DNA of 64,000 bases from an uncultured Candidatus Binatia bacterium (GTDB lineage: Bacteria > Desulfobacterota > Binatia > Bin18), in assembly GCA_965247985.1 (NCBI GenBank), contig OZ252051.1, positions 3,708,240-3,772,239 on the forward strand. Reading direction: 5' to 3'. The notes under the pieces are model-generated. The model saw only the letters and a list, made by a program, of their open reading frames with translations, was not told the DNA's origin and did no database searches. The first letter of the stretch is position 1, and each line of letters opens with the position of its first letter. Below are positions 29,585-40,356 of this stretch, piece by piece. Both the position numbers and the translations under genes were made by a program.

Positions 29585-30805
29585 CTACCGTTCTTGGGCT
29601 TTACGAGCCAGTCGCGCGTACCCATCCCGGGTCTGCGGCAAGCGGCGGTCTAAAATCCGCGAAGCGATGACTGTGCGCAGGATCTGGGCAGTACCGCCCC
29701 CAATAGTGAACATTCGAGCGTCACGCACCATGCGTTCAGCCGGCGTGTTGCGCGAATAGCCTTTGGCGCCAAACACCTGTAAGGCGTCATTTGTGACCTT
29801 AATTGCCATTTCCGATGCGAACAGCTTTGCTTGCGCAGCCGCATTCGGATCCGGGAACGGACTCTTGTGGGAGCCGCGCGAACGGGCCGCGCTGTGGATC
29901 ATGAGCCGCGCCGCTTCGATCTGCGTCGACATATCGGCCAGCATCCACTGCAGGCCCTGAAACTCGGCAATCGGCCGACCAAACTGTTCTCGGTCTAAAG
30001 CGTATTGTTTTGCCCCTTCATAGGCTCCGGTTGCAAGCCCTAAAGCAACAGTGCCCGCGCCAACCCGTTGGGTGTTGTAGGCGTTCATTAATTCAGCAAA
30101 GCCACGCCTGAATCCGCCTGGCGGTGTTACTACTTGGTCGGCAGGCAGTTCGAGATCTTCCAAATACACTTCGGCCTCAGGAATGCCTCGTAAGCCCATC
30201 GTGGGTTCACGCTGACCGATGCGCAAGCCACGATCCTGGTCGCGAACCGCGATAAATCCACCGATGCCTTGCTCTGTCCCTTGTCCGTCAAACACGCGGG
30301 CGAAGATCAGATGGAGTTTCGAGACACCGCCCCCGGTAATCCAATGCTTCATGCCGTTCAGCACATACGTATCGCCGCGTTTATCAGCCCGCGTGGTCAT
30401 CTCTGATGCCGCACTGCCGGCGTGAGGCTCGGTAATACAGATGGCGGGCTTATCCCCAGCCAAGACAAGAGCAGCCGCACGCTCTTTTTGCGCCGGCGTG
30501 CCGTAGTGCATGATGGCTGAAAGAGCCCCCATATTCGCTTCGACCACAATACGTCCGGTCACCCCGCAAACTTTTGCCATCTCTTCGATGACGAGCACCA
30601 CGTCGAGATAGCTCAGTCCAGCCCCACCAAACTCCGGCGGGATTGTCATGCCAAAGAATCCCGCCTCATTTAACGCCCGGACATTATCCCAGGGGTATTG
30701 TTCGCTTCGATCAACCTCTGCGGCGCGCGGTGCGATCACGTCCCGTGCCAATTCGTGCGCCCGCGCCCGTAACGCAATCTGCGACTCAGTCAGCATGTAA
30801 TGCAT
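29585..30805 (-). CDS. Acyl-CoA dehydrogenase
   Basis: MHYMLTESQIALRARAHELARDVIAPRAAEVDR... matches ACAD N, M and C domains. Confidence 0.8.
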   Translation of the reverse strand: MHYMLTESQIALRARAHELARDVIAPRAAEVDRSEQYPWDNVRALNEAGFFGMTIPPEFGGAGLSYLDVVLVIEEMAKVCGVTGRIVVEANMGALSAIMHYGTPAQKERAAALVLAGDKPAICITEPHAGSAASEMTTRADKRGDTYVLNGMKHWITGGGVSKLHLIFARVFDGQGTEQGIGGFIAVRDQDRGLRIGQREPTMGLRGIPEAEVYLEDLELPADQVVTPPGGFRRGFAELMNAYNTQRVGAGTVALGLATGAYEGAKQYALDREQFGRPIAEFQGLQWMLADMSTQIEAARLMIHSAARSRGSHKSPFPDPNAAAQAKLFASEMAIKVTNDALQVFGAKGYSRNTPAERMVRDARMFTIGGGTAQILRTVIASRILDRRLPQTRDGYARLARKAQER

Positions 30806-30819
30806 TGTCGAAACCCTCC

Positions 30820-32199
30820 CTAAGAGTGCAAGCCAGCAGCTCTTTGCAGCGCGTGTTCCGCACGCGAGTCGTCGCCGCACGCCTGTAACACGGTTGCGTA
30901 CTTTTGCCAGCTCCCAAGACTGTTCGGTCTCAACAACGCCCGCTGCGCCAGAAGCGCCCGTGCCTGCTCATAGCGTTCAGCGCGAATGGCTGCCTCGATG
31001 AGAATCTGCGTAAAGATATCTCGCTGCGCATGAGATCCTCCGATCCCAAACCAGCGATCGCGCAGCGGCCACAAGACATCGACCGCCCGAGCATACTCCT
31101 CGTTTTCAAACGCCAGCACTCCTTCACCCATCGGCACCACTACATCCGCCATCAGCGAAGCAGCATAATTGTCTGGTGTATGTGCAAATGATTCGAGTGC
31201 ATTGATATACGCCTGCGCGGTCTCCTTGTCGTCCGCAGATGCCAGCGCCATCAAGCTATGCAGATCGGTAAAAGCCAGCACATGATCATCGACCCGCTTC
31301 CGCGCATACTCCGCCAAGGGCTCCCAGCGATCACCAACATCAACCCCCAGCAATTCCAGGCGCTTGAGCATCGAAGCACCGTTTTGAACATCCAGGAAGA
31401 ATTCCGTGTTAGAGGTCAGTATCCTATTGTCATAGACGTCCAACGTAAAATCATAGTCACCCCTCTCAAGCGTGAATAAGGCCAAGTGCCACCAATTATG
31501 GCCTTGAAACGGGTTTCGATCAGCCCACTGATCGACCGGCCGATCGATCAATGCAATCCCTTCGTCCAGACGCCCCTGCATCTCCATCACGTGCGCGACT
31601 GAGTGGATCGCCCACAGGTCATCCGGATTCAGGTCAATGGACTGGCGACCAAAAGCTTCTGCCTGCGCATAATCGCCGCATTCTTCAAGCGCAAAGGCCA
31701 ACATGCCGAGGACGAAGCTGTAACCGGGGATCGACTCATCCCACAAGTCGAACACGCCGGCGACGGTATTGCGAATGACATAACTCCGACCAGTCCAGAA
31801 AGTCGAATGGTGGTGCATTTTGAGAGCCAGCAAGTCGTGAGGATAGTCGGCCAGTATGGCCTCCCACGCGGCACAAGCCCGTTCGAGATTACCCGTTGCT
31901 AACCCTTCCAATGCGTCACAATGCAGACGTTCGCGGCGGGCGTCAGCCGCAAGATGTTCGCGGGCGTGTGACGCACTGGCAAGCATTTTCGGGCGGACCG
32001 CGACCGTCTCGAGCATGGACATAATGTAACCTCGGACAACGTGTGCCATTGGAAAATCCGGGTCGAGTTCGAGGACACGCTTCAGATTTTTTGGCGCCGC
32101 GAGACGATAATTCCACAGGTCCGTCAGCACCTTGTCATACTCGGTAAGAGCCTCAGCATTCGTCACAGTGATATCAAGACCGCGAACGTCGGTTGGCAT
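30820..32199 (-). CDS. Tetratricopeptide-repeat protein (TTC38-like family)
   Basis: The 459-aa product is helical-repeat throughout. It is probably co-transcribed with the ACAD gene. Confidence 0.55.
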   Translation of the reverse strand: MPTDVRGLDITVTNAEALTEYDKVLTDLWNYRLAAPKNLKRVLELDPDFPMAHVVRGYIMSMLETVAVRPKMLASASHAREHLAADARRERLHCDALEGLATGNLERACAAWEAILADYPHDLLALKMHHHSTFWTGRSYVIRNTVAGVFDLWDESIPGYSFVLGMLAFALEECGDYAQAEAFGRQSIDLNPDDLWAIHSVAHVMEMQGRLDEGIALIDRPVDQWADRNPFQGHNWWHLALFTLERGDYDFTLDVYDNRILTSNTEFFLDVQNGASMLKRLELLGVDVGDRWEPLAEYARKRVDDHVLAFTDLHSLMALASADDKETAQAYINALESFAHTPDNYAASLMADVVVPMGEGVLAFENEEYARAVDVLWPLRDRWFGIGGSHAQRDIFTQILIEAAIRAERYEQARALLAQRALLRPNSLGSWQKYATVLQACGDDSRAEHALQRAAGLHS

Positions 32200-32496
32200 G
32201 ATATTTCTCCTTCGTGTTAAAGGTCATCCTCTATAGACCGAGCAGCAAGAGCGGGTCATAACCGGGATTTTCCTCGTCACACTACCAGTACTCTAAGTGG
32301 ACAGCTATCCGTCCCGAACGCGATTCTAGGTGAGCCCCTAACCTCAGTCAAACAGACCAGCTTAACCGCTCGTGACGCCAATGCTTTTCCGGCCCTGTGC
32401 GTGAAACGTCCGCCTTCTGAGGAAAGACACGGTGGGCATCGAATGGAACGCATGGTCGATAGCATTTACCTTCTCACTTGAACTGTCGCGAATATG

Positions 32497-32523
32497 TCAA
32501 GAGAGGAAGTAACTCTCTTGACG
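32497..32523. promoter_or_regulatory. Perfect 10-bp inverted repeat (GTCAAGAGAG-N7-CTCTCTTGAC), candidate operator
   Basis: It lies 30 bp upstream of the 32553 gene. Confidence 0.4.
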
Positions 32524-32552
32524 TCGTAACCTCACGTCAATAGATCATCTCT

Positions 32553-33014
32553 ATGGATCAAAAATCCTCAGAAAGAGTCTTGACTGTCTCGGTAACACGC
32601 CGGATTCCGCTTCAGCACAAGAGTTGTCCCCAGTGTGGAAAATCGTTTATGGGCCCAGCAGTCAAAAAATACTGCACCTCAACCTGCGCGAAAAAGGCAG
32701 CGTACTGGCGTAACCCGGAAGCCTACCGAGCGAGTCGCCGTAAAAGCTATCAGACGAAACGGGCCTCAGGACATTCGCCTCAATCCCTATCGACCTCGAC
32801 ATCTCGAAGCCGTGAACTCGCATGGCGACAGACTCATGGCGAGGAATTTCGCCAATTGGCGGGGCAATGGGTTGTTCTCGACGGAGAAACCATTGTGAGC
32901 CACGGACCTGATGCCGTTCAAGTCGTCGAAGAGGCCCGGACCCAGGGAATCACTGTTCCGTATATCTTCTTTGTTGACGACACCCCTAACGACAGTATCC
33001 ATATGGGTTTGTAG
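32553..33014 (+). CDS. Zn-ribbon protein with DUF5678-like C-terminal domain
   Basis: The N-terminus CPQCG...CTSTC forms a zinc ribbon. The C-terminus is GQWVVLDGETIVSHGPDAVQVVEEARTQGITVPYIFFVDD. Confidence 0.4.
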   Translation: MDQKSSERVLTVSVTRRIPLQHKSCPQCGKSFMGPAVKKYCTSTCAKKAAYWRNPEAYRASRRKSYQTKRASGHSPQSLSTSTSRSRELAWRQTHGEEFRQLAGQWVVLDGETIVSHGPDAVQVVEEARTQGITVPYIFFVDDTPNDSIHMGL

Positions 33015-33017
33015 TCC

Positions 33018-33443
33018 ATGCCGACCATCGACTACGCCTATGAAATTCCCTATACGGTCGATCCTCGCAATAACCGTTCATTCCCAAGACTGCTCGTCCG
33101 TCTTACAAATCTGGCGGAGCCGAGTCGGGCCATCGATACCGATGTTTTTTTAGACTCTGGGGCTGAGATTTCTCTCTTTGATCCACAGTACGCGGCCATA
33201 CTAGGTCTCGATCTCACCAACGCGCCAGCCCGGCAATGGGGATCGTCGGTGCGGGGCCTGACGCTCGAAGGGAAGCTCCACCGCATCAGCATAGCGCATG
33301 GTCTCGTCGGGGAATTCGATCTGGAAGTTGGTTTTGCGGAACGATCAATACGCCGGAATCTTTTAGGCCGTGATTTCTTTAACTTCGTACAAGTAGGCTT
33401 CCGCGAGCGACATCTGACGCTCTACCTCACGCCGAGCCCATGA
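33018..33443 (+). CDS. Retropepsin-like (clan AA) aspartic peptidase
   Basis: DTDVFLDSGAEISLF contains the D-S/T-G-A active-site motif. The 141-aa size fits a single-domain retropepsin. Confidence 0.55.
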   Translation: MPTIDYAYEIPYTVDPRNNRSFPRLLVRLTNLAEPSRAIDTDVFLDSGAEISLFDPQYAAILGLDLTNAPARQWGSSVRGLTLEGKLHRISIAHGLVGEFDLEVGFAERSIRRNLLGRDFFNFVQVGFRERHLTLYLTPSP

Positions 33444-33626
33444 CCACACCGACAATCTCAGGTACAAGCGACCGAGTAGATTTCAGAGCTCTCACCCTTC
33501 ATTTTTCTGAGCAAAGCTTGCTGAAGGAAGCCGTCGGGATGGATTGAGCAATATTGTCTCCAAAGGATATACTGCCCGTTTAATGTTTGCACGAAGAACT
33601 GAGACCCGAGAAGGAGGACTGACAGC

Positions 33627-35456
33627 ATGAGTCAAACCGTACCCCAAACGGAATCGAGCGGAATACCGACTGCCGACGAGCTGGGCTTTGATCCCGGCGC
33701 CCTGCGTGAGAAATATGCCGCCGAGCGCGTGAAACGTCTGCGTGCAGACGCGAACAATCAATATCAGGAAATTACCGGCCAGTTCGCGCATTATAACGAA
33801 GACCACTATGTAGAGCCGGGCTTCACTCGCCCCGCGCTGCAAGAAGACATCGATGTCCTCATCGTCGGCGGGGGCTTTGGGGGCATGTTGGCGGCAGTCC
33901 GGCTGCAGAAGGCCGGGATTACCAATTTTCGTATCATCGAGAAAGCCGGAGATTTTGGTGGCACCTGGTATTGGAACCGCTATCCGGGCGCCCAGTGTGA
34001 CATCGAAGGCTATCTTTACCTGCCCCTGCTCGAAGAGCTCAATTACATCCCGAAGGAACGCTACTCTTTCGCACCGGAGATATATGCTCACGCGCAACGG
34101 ATTGGCAAGCACTACAATTTGTACGAACGCACCTGTTTCCAGACGAAAGTCAAAGAGGCCCGCTGGGATGAGGAAGCAGGACGTTGGAGTGTCACCACTG
34201 ATCGTGACGATGCGTTCAAGACGCGCTTTGTGATCATGTCGAGTGGGCCGCTGAACAAGCCCAAGTTGCCTGGGATTCCTGGGATCGAAAATTTCAAAGG
34301 CCATACATTCCATACCAGTCGCTGGGACTATGGCTACACTGGTGGTGATACCACCGGCGGCTTACACAAACTCCACGATAAACGCGTCGGCATCATTGGG
34401 ACAGGTGCCACGGCGATTCAGTGCATCCCCCATCTGGGCGAGCATGCACAGCAGTTGTATGTCTTTCAGCGTACGCCGTCCTCGGTGGACGAACGCAACA
34501 ACACACCCACCAACCCGGAATGGGCGAAGACGCTCAAGCCCGGCTGGCAGGTATATCGGAACCGCAACTTCACCGCCCTCCTGGACGGGGTGCAGTTGGA
34601 GGACGATCAGGTCCGCGACAAGTGGACCAGCCCGCTCAAGAAGCTTAGTGATCTTCTCTCAAGCCAGAATGACTCGGATCTCTCCGGCAAAGACAAGGCG
34701 CTCCTGGCGGAGATTGCCGACTTTCAGAAGATGAATGAGATTCGCGATCGTGTGTCCACAACCGTACGCGACCCGCACACCGCCGAGGCGCTCAAGCCGT
34801 GGTTCGGCCAGTGGTGCAAGCGCCCGACCTTCAACGATGAGTATTTGCCGACCTTTAACCGACCGAGCGTCAAGCTTGTAGATACCAGCGGGGAAGGTGT
34901 CGATCGCGTGACCGAGCACGGCGTCATGGTGGATGGGGTTGAGTACGAGATGGACTGCCTGATCTTCGCCACGGGCTTCGAGGTGGGGACCGCCTACACG
35001 CGGCGGGCCGAGTTCGGCATGTACGGCCGTGACGGGCTGTCGCTCGCCGACGCCTGGGTAGACGGGATGCGGACCTTCCACGGTTTCCTGAGCTGCGGGT
35101 TTCCGAACTGTTTTCACATGGGGCTGACGCAGACCGGCCTCACGGCGAACTTCACCTATATGCTCGATAATCAGGCCCAGCACGTTGCCCAGCTCATCAC
35201 GCTGGTCGATCGCCGCAACGCGCAATCAATCGAGCCGACCCCCGAGGCTGAGGCCGAGTGGGTGCAACTCGTGAACGGACCGAACATGATGACTAACTAC
35301 CAGGACGTCTGCACGCCGGGGTACTACAACGGCGAGGGCACAAACGAGGGGCAGGGCTTCCTCCAGGCCATCTACCCCAAGGGCGCGCTGGCCTTTTACG
35401 ACATGCTCACCGAGTGGCGTGAAAAGGGCGACTTTGCAGGTCTTATTGTGAAATAG
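33627..35456 (+). CDS. Type I Baeyer-Villiger monooxygenase (FAD/NADPH), 609 aa
   Basis: GGGFGG and [14 protein letters not shown] Rossmann motifs are present. [13 protein letters not shown] is the BVMO fingerprint FxGxxxHxxxW. Confidence 0.85.
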   Translation: MSQTVPQTESSGIPTADELGFDPGALREKYAAERVKRLRADANNQYQEITGQFAHYNEDHYVEPGFTRPALQEDIDVLIVGGGFGGMLAAVRLQKAGITNFRIIEKAGDFGGTWYWNRYPGAQCDIEGYLYLPLLEELNYIPKERYSFAPEIYAHAQRIGKHYNLYERTCFQTKVKEARWDEEAGRWSVTTDRDDAFKTRFVIMSSGPLNKPKLPGIPGIENFKGHTFHTSRWDYGYTGGDTTGGLHKLHDKRVGIIGTGATAIQCIPHLGEHAQQLYVFQRTPSSVDERNNTPTNPEWAKTLKPGWQVYRNRNFTALLDGVQLEDDQVRDKWTSPLKKLSDLLSSQNDSDLSGKDKALLAEIADFQKMNEIRDRVSTTVRDPHTAEALKPWFGQWCKRPTFNDEYLPTFNRPSVKLVDTSGEGVDRVTEHGVMVDGVEYEMDCLIFATGFEVGTAYTRRAEFGMYGRDGLSLADAWVDGMRTFHGFLSCGFPNCFHMGLTQTGLTANFTYMLDNQAQHVAQLITLVDRRNAQSIEPTPEAEAEWVQLVNGPNMMTNYQDVCTPGYYNGEGTNEGQGFLQAIYPKGALAFYDMLTEWREKGDFAGLIVK

Positions 35457-36212
35457 ATGAGGAATACGATGCAACCTATCCTCTTGTATGGCGTGCCGTT
35501 TTCGCAACCGGTACGCGCGGTCATGTGGCTGATGCTGTATAAGCGGACGCCGTTTGAAATGGTCCTGATCAACCCGGGTTCAAAAGGGGAAACCGGGAGC
35601 CGCAATCCGGTCTATCTGGCCAAAAATCCCGGCGGGACGATTCCGGCGATCGAGGAACCGGACACCGGCTTCGTGCTCAGCGAGGCGCATGCCATCATGT
35701 GTTATTTGAGCAACACGCACGGCTGGGAAGACGTCTACCCGACGGATCATCGGCTGCGCGCCAAGGTGGACTGGTATTTGCACTACCACCATCGCAACGT
35801 TCGCGACGCCTCCGTCGGGTTGGTCGCACCGAAGATCCGCAAGGATCTGAATATCCCGGACATCATTCAACAGGCCGCACACGCGACACTGACGAAGGCA
35901 CTCCACGCTTTGGAGTCGAGTTGGCTGGCGCAATCCCGCTATTTGACGGGCGAACAACTCACCCTGGCCGACTTTGCCGCATACGTGGAGATCGGGCAGT
36001 TGCAACCGGGTTTTACCAACGTCTACGATTTTGAGCCCTTCCCCAACGTGCAACGTTGGTTAGGCGAAATGAAACAAGTTGACGGACACGACGACGTGCA
36101 CGTCGTTCTGGCAGAGCTCGGCGATATCAGTGGCGAGCCGCCGACGATGGAGGCGATCAGGAACGCGAACAAAAAAGCGCTCAGGGTCTTGAAGGAAAAA
36201 CTGAGGAATTAA
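35457..36212 (+). CDS. Glutathione S-transferase
   Basis: GST N-terminal and C-terminal domains are present. Its start abuts the BVMO stop. Confidence 0.6.
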   Translation: MRNTMQPILLYGVPFSQPVRAVMWLMLYKRTPFEMVLINPGSKGETGSRNPVYLAKNPGGTIPAIEEPDTGFVLSEAHAIMCYLSNTHGWEDVYPTDHRLRAKVDWYLHYHHRNVRDASVGLVAPKIRKDLNIPDIIQQAAHATLTKALHALESSWLAQSRYLTGEQLTLADFAAYVEIGQLQPGFTNVYDFEPFPNVQRWLGEMKQVDGHDDVHVVLAELGDISGEPPTMEAIRNANKKALRVLKEKLRN

Positions 36213-36216
36213 CGCC

Positions 36217-37350
36217 ATGATGGAACCCCAGGGATACTGTGCGGACGCATTCGCGGCCGTGCACGAGGCGTTTCAGGAGAACTTCGCAACGGGCGAGGAG
36301 CTTGGCGCCAGTGCGTGTGTCGTACACGACGGAGCAGTAGTCGTTGATCTGTGGGGTGGCTCCGCAGCGCCGAGTGGCCAGCCCTGGCAGCAGGACACTA
36401 TTGTCAACGTGTACTCCACCACCAAAACCATGGCGGCGGTCTGCATGTTGATGCTCGCCGACCGCGGGCTGATTGCGTTCGACGCTCCGGTTGCGCGTTA
36501 CTGGCCCGAGTTCGCGCAAAACGGCAAGGAGGGCGTGCTGGTTCGCCATGTGATGAGCCACTCGGCCGGGTTGGCCGGTTTCGACTCACGCGTCGAGATC
36601 GAGGAACTCTACAACTGGGATGACATCTGCGGCAGGTTGGCCCGTCAGGCACCCTGGTGGGAGCCTGGGGCCGCCTCGGGCTACCACGCCATTACGCAGG
36701 GCTATCTACAGGGAGAAATCCTGCGCCGGGTCGACGGCCGCAGCCTGGGGACGTTTTTCCGCGAGGAGGTCGCGACCCCGCTCAGCGTCGATTTTCATAT
36801 CGGGCTGGATGTCCAACACGATGATCGCGTTGGCGAGATGGTGCCTCCTGCGGCCACGATGGATCAGATTCCGGGCGACCCGGATTCGATTGCCACGCGG
36901 ACCTTTCGGTCTGCCGCGTTGACGGGCCGCGAGCCGCAGACGCGCGCGTGGCGTGCGGCAGAAATTCCGGCCGCGGGCGGGATCGGCAACGCGCGGGCCG
37001 TTGCCCGCGTGCACGGCGCGCTGGCTGCGGGCGGCGCTCTTGATGGCGTCCGGCTGATGGCACCCGAAACGGTAGCCATGGCCCAGCAACGGCAGACCAA
37101 CGGCAAGGACCTCGTGCTCGGCGTGTGGATGCTTTTCGGCCTGGGCTTTGGCCTGATGAACCCGCGGATTCCGTTCACGCCGAGCCCCGGCGCCTTCTAC
37201 TGGGGTGGTTGGGGCGGCTCAATTGCCGTGGTCGATCCCGATACCCGTACCTCAATCGCCTATGTGATGAACAAAATGGGCGAAAGCACGCTGGGTGATC
37301 AGCGTTCGGCCAGGATTATCGCGGCGACCTATGCCTCGCTGAAACGGTGA
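36217..37350 (+). CDS. Serine hydrolase, beta-lactamase/EstB family
   Basis: YSTTKT is the SxxK motif. Confidence 0.75.
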   Translation: MMEPQGYCADAFAAVHEAFQENFATGEELGASACVVHDGAVVVDLWGGSAAPSGQPWQQDTIVNVYSTTKTMAAVCMLMLADRGLIAFDAPVARYWPEFAQNGKEGVLVRHVMSHSAGLAGFDSRVEIEELYNWDDICGRLARQAPWWEPGAASGYHAITQGYLQGEILRRVDGRSLGTFFREEVATPLSVDFHIGLDVQHDDRVGEMVPPAATMDQIPGDPDSIATRTFRSAALTGREPQTRAWRAAEIPAAGGIGNARAVARVHGALAAGGALDGVRLMAPETVAMAQQRQTNGKDLVLGVWMLFGLGFGLMNPRIPFTPSPGAFYWGGWGGSIAVVDPDTRTSIAYVMNKMGESTLGDQRSARIIAATYASLKR

Positions 37351-37378
37351 GGCGTGGAGATGAGCCAAAGCGCTTGTT

Positions 37379-37423
37379 GACTGCGAACGAGATGACTGCG
37401 AACGAGATGACTGCGAACGAGAA
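37379..37423. repeat. Tandem direct repeat 3 x 15 bp (GACTGCGAACGAGAT)
   Basis: The three units are visible directly in the intergenic region upstream of the LLM gene. Confidence 0.8.
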
Positions 37424-37434
37424 GGGATAACCCT

Positions 37435-38574
37435 GTGCGAGTAGGAGCGACCATATTTGTTCAGAACTATAACGACTGGGATCGCTACGAGGCGGAGGAG
37501 CGCGGGGAAAGCGTCCCGGTCCGGCCGGCCACATCAGATCGGTCGATTTTTCTTGAGGAAGTGAATATTGCCCGGATTGCCGATGACACCGGCTTTGACA
37601 GTGTGTGGACGGTCGAGCACCACTTTACTCCGTACACGATGGTGACCAACCCGCTGCAATTCCTGACCTATCTGGCTGGCATTACCCAACGGGTTGACCT
37701 CGGAACCATGGTGGTCGTCCTGCCGTGGCATAATCCGGTGCGCGTGGCAGAGGATGTCAATATGCTCGATGCGCTGTTGGGACCGGATCGGGACATCCTG
37801 TGTGGCGTTGGACGCGGGCTTGGTCGGCGCGAGTATAACGGCCTGAGCGTCGATCAGGCCGAGGCGCGCGAGCGCTTTGACGAGGGGCTGCTGATTCTGC
37901 GCCAACTGCTGTCAACAGGTCGGTGCAGCTTTGAAGGCAAACATTTCACCGTTCAAGACGCGCGGCTGCGCCCACAGCCCGACACTGATCTGAGCGCGCA
38001 ACTGTACTGTGCCGGCGGCACGCCCGAGACGGTTCAGCTTATTGCCAAACACGACGTCAGGCCGCTCATTATTCCCACGACCTCTCTCGACGACGCGCTC
38101 CGAAACGCACGGGGCTATATGCAACTGCGAGAGGAAGCCGGGCTCGCACCGTCAGACACCAAGCTCGCGCTGTGGACTTACTGTACTGAAACCGAGAGTG
38201 CGGCTGAGGCCGGTGCCAAACAGTATATGGGTGAATACACGGACTCCGCACTGCGCCATTATGAACTGCTCGGCACGCATCTGAAGGAGCTACACGGCTA
38301 CCAAGCGTATGGCGCGCTCAGCGATGCCTTGCGTCAAGACTCCAGCCCGTTTCGGCTGGGTTTCTACAGAGAGCATCCCTGGGGCACCCCGGACCAGATC
38401 ATTGCCAAAGCAAAGCGTTTAGCCGAAGCGTTTGGCACGTCGGAAATTATGTTCGTTTTCAAATACGGTGGGATGCCGCAGGACGTGGCGGAAAAGAGTA
38501 TGCAACTCTTTGCCCGGGAAGTCCTGCCTGCCCTACAGGATATCTCGCCACAGCCCATGCAGGCCGCGGCCTGA
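37435..38574 (+). CDS. LLM-class flavin-dependent oxidoreductase (GTG start)
   Basis: ...ADDTGFDSVWTVEHHF... is a luciferase-like barrel. Confidence 0.7.
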   Translation: MRVGATIFVQNYNDWDRYEAEERGESVPVRPATSDRSIFLEEVNIARIADDTGFDSVWTVEHHFTPYTMVTNPLQFLTYLAGITQRVDLGTMVVVLPWHNPVRVAEDVNMLDALLGPDRDILCGVGRGLGRREYNGLSVDQAEARERFDEGLLILRQLLSTGRCSFEGKHFTVQDARLRPQPDTDLSAQLYCAGGTPETVQLIAKHDVRPLIIPTTSLDDALRNARGYMQLREEAGLAPSDTKLALWTYCTETESAAEAGAKQYMGEYTDSALRHYELLGTHLKELHGYQAYGALSDALRQDSSPFRLGFYREHPWGTPDQIIAKAKRLAEAFGTSEIMFVFKYGGMPQDVAEKSMQLFAREVLPALQDISPQPMQAAA

Positions 38575-38659
38575 GGGGAGAGGACTGTCTACAAGCGATG
38601 GTATGACCACGGAAGAAGTGCTAGGCATTTGGTGCATCACACAAAAGGAGGACTGATAC

Positions 38660-39190
38660 ATGTCACCCAGAGGATTTTCTCACATTGGCCTTTCGACGCT
38701 TGATCTTGATAAAACGCGGGAGTTCTACGAAGACCTGCTCGGTTTCAAGCCGGTGGTGTGCGATACCATTGAAATAGAAGAAGGAGGGAAAATTCGCCAC
38801 ATCTTCTTTGATACCGGCCATCACCAACTCCTCGCCTTCATGGAAGCGCGGGACGTGCCCGGAGTGCCGCGTGAATATGACGCCGGTATCAACAGCGGGC
38901 TCGGCGTGCCAGGCGGCTTTTATCACTTCGCGTTCGAGGCCGGCAACGAAGCCGCCCTGGCGCAAAAACGCGACGAACTCCGCGCGAAAGGCATTAAGGT
39001 CAGTGAGGTCGTGGATCACAACTGGGCCAAATCGATCTATTTCAAAGACCCGAACGGCATCTCTTTAGAGTATTGCTGCTTGATGCGCGAGTTCACCGCC
39101 GACGATGCGCGCATGCAGGATCGCTTTAAGCTGTCGCTCAAGGCGCTTGACGATCCGATTAACGCCTTGCAGTCGCCGGATAAACACTAA
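38660..39190 (+). CDS. VOC (glyoxalase/extradiol dioxygenase) family protein
   Basis: MSPRGFSHIGLSTLDLDKTREFYEDLLGF matches the VOC family. Confidence 0.7.
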   Translation: MSPRGFSHIGLSTLDLDKTREFYEDLLGFKPVVCDTIEIEEGGKIRHIFFDTGHHQLLAFMEARDVPGVPREYDAGINSGLGVPGGFYHFAFEAGNEAALAQKRDELRAKGIKVSEVVDHNWAKSIYFKDPNGISLEYCCLMREFTADDARMQDRFKLSLKALDDPINALQSPDKH

Positions 39191-39297
39191 ACCCGAGCCG
39201 ACCGCCTGGGCCTGCCGTGTCCGGGCGGCGGCGCGGGGCGATAACCCATCGTACACGTCATACGCCCACTATATATAGTGAGCGCGGGAGAGACTGT

Positions 39298-40356
39298 ATG
39301 AAAATCGGAGTGTTTTGTATTTTCGATCACTGGCCCGAGGTCAAGTCGGCCCAACAGTATTTGACGGATTTTCTCGATCTCACCCAGCGAGCCGAGGAGC
39401 TGGGGTTTGACTCAGCCTGGGTGTCTGAGCACCACTTCACCCGCTATGGCGGCATCCTGCCCCGCCCCCAGGTTTTGCTCGCAGCCATGGCCGAACGCAC
39501 CACACGGATTCGTCTGGGCACGGCGGTGAGCCTCGTGCCCTTTGATAACCCCATCCGCGCGGCTGAGGATTTTGCCTTGGTTGATGTGCTGAGTGGTGGG
39601 CGGCTGAACTTTGGAGTTGGGCGTGGGCTGTTTCCGTTTGAATATGACGGGATCGGCGTGTCGCAAGACGAGGGCCGCCAGCGGCTGGAAGAGGGCGTGG
39701 AGATGATCCTGCGAGCGTGGCAGGAGGCCCCCCTCACTTTTGCGGGACAATTCACGAACGTCACCGACCTCACGATCCTGCCGCGCCCTATCCAAAAACC
39801 CCACCCTCCCCTGTACACTGCCGCACTCAGCCCCGAAAGCTATGACTGGGCCGCTCGCAAAGGCTATAATATTCTGCAAGTGCCCTATCCTCTGCCGATT
39901 GAAGTGACGCAGGGCCAAGTTGCCGCTTACAAAGATAAACTCCGCCAGCATGGGCATGCGGACACAGAGGTCATCGCCTTGTTCCACACCTATGTGGGGG
40001 AAACAGCCGAAAAAGCCAAAGCAGAAGCCGAGCAAGCGGTGATGGACTATGTGGACTTGGCCAGCTCTCTCTTCCCCAAAAAGATCAAATCCGAGCAGTA
40101 CAGAGCGTACGCGCAGTTTGCGCCGACCATGAAAACTCTCACGTATGACGTCCTGTATAACGAGCGCACGCTGATTGGCGATCCCGACCAAGTCATTGCC
40201 AAGCTGGAACGCTTTCAGAAAGACTTGCAGATGGATCAGTTCATCTATTTTCTCAACTGGGGCGGGATGGCTCACGAACTGGTCATGCAGTCCATGGAGC
40301 GGTTTGCCAAATATGTCCTTCCCCATTTCCACACAGCCGATACCAGGAGGATATGA
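39298..40356 (+). CDS. LLM-class flavin-dependent oxidoreductase
   Basis: MKIGVFCIFDHWPEV...AWVSEHHF matches the LLM family. Confidence 0.7.
   Translation: MKIGVFCIFDHWPEVKSAQQYLTDFLDLTQRAEELGFDSAWVSEHHFTRYGGILPRPQVLLAAMAERTTRIRLGTAVSLVPFDNPIRAAEDFALVDVLSGGRLNFGVGRGLFPFEYDGIGVSQDEGRQRLEEGVEMILRAWQEAPLTFAGQFTNVTDLTILPRPIQKPHPPLYTAALSPESYDWAARKGYNILQVPYPLPIEVTQGQVAAYKDKLRQHGHADTEVIALFHTYVGETAEKAKAEAEQAVMDYVDLASSLFPKKIKSEQYRAYAQFAPTMKTLTYDVLYNERTLIGDPDQVIAKLERFQKDLQMDQFIYFLNWGGMAHELVMQSMERFAKYVLPHFHTADTRRI

Noticed and set aside
37379-37423. Possible CRISPR array
   Set aside because: There are only three identical 15-bp units with no spacers and no cas genes. It is a simple tandem repeat.
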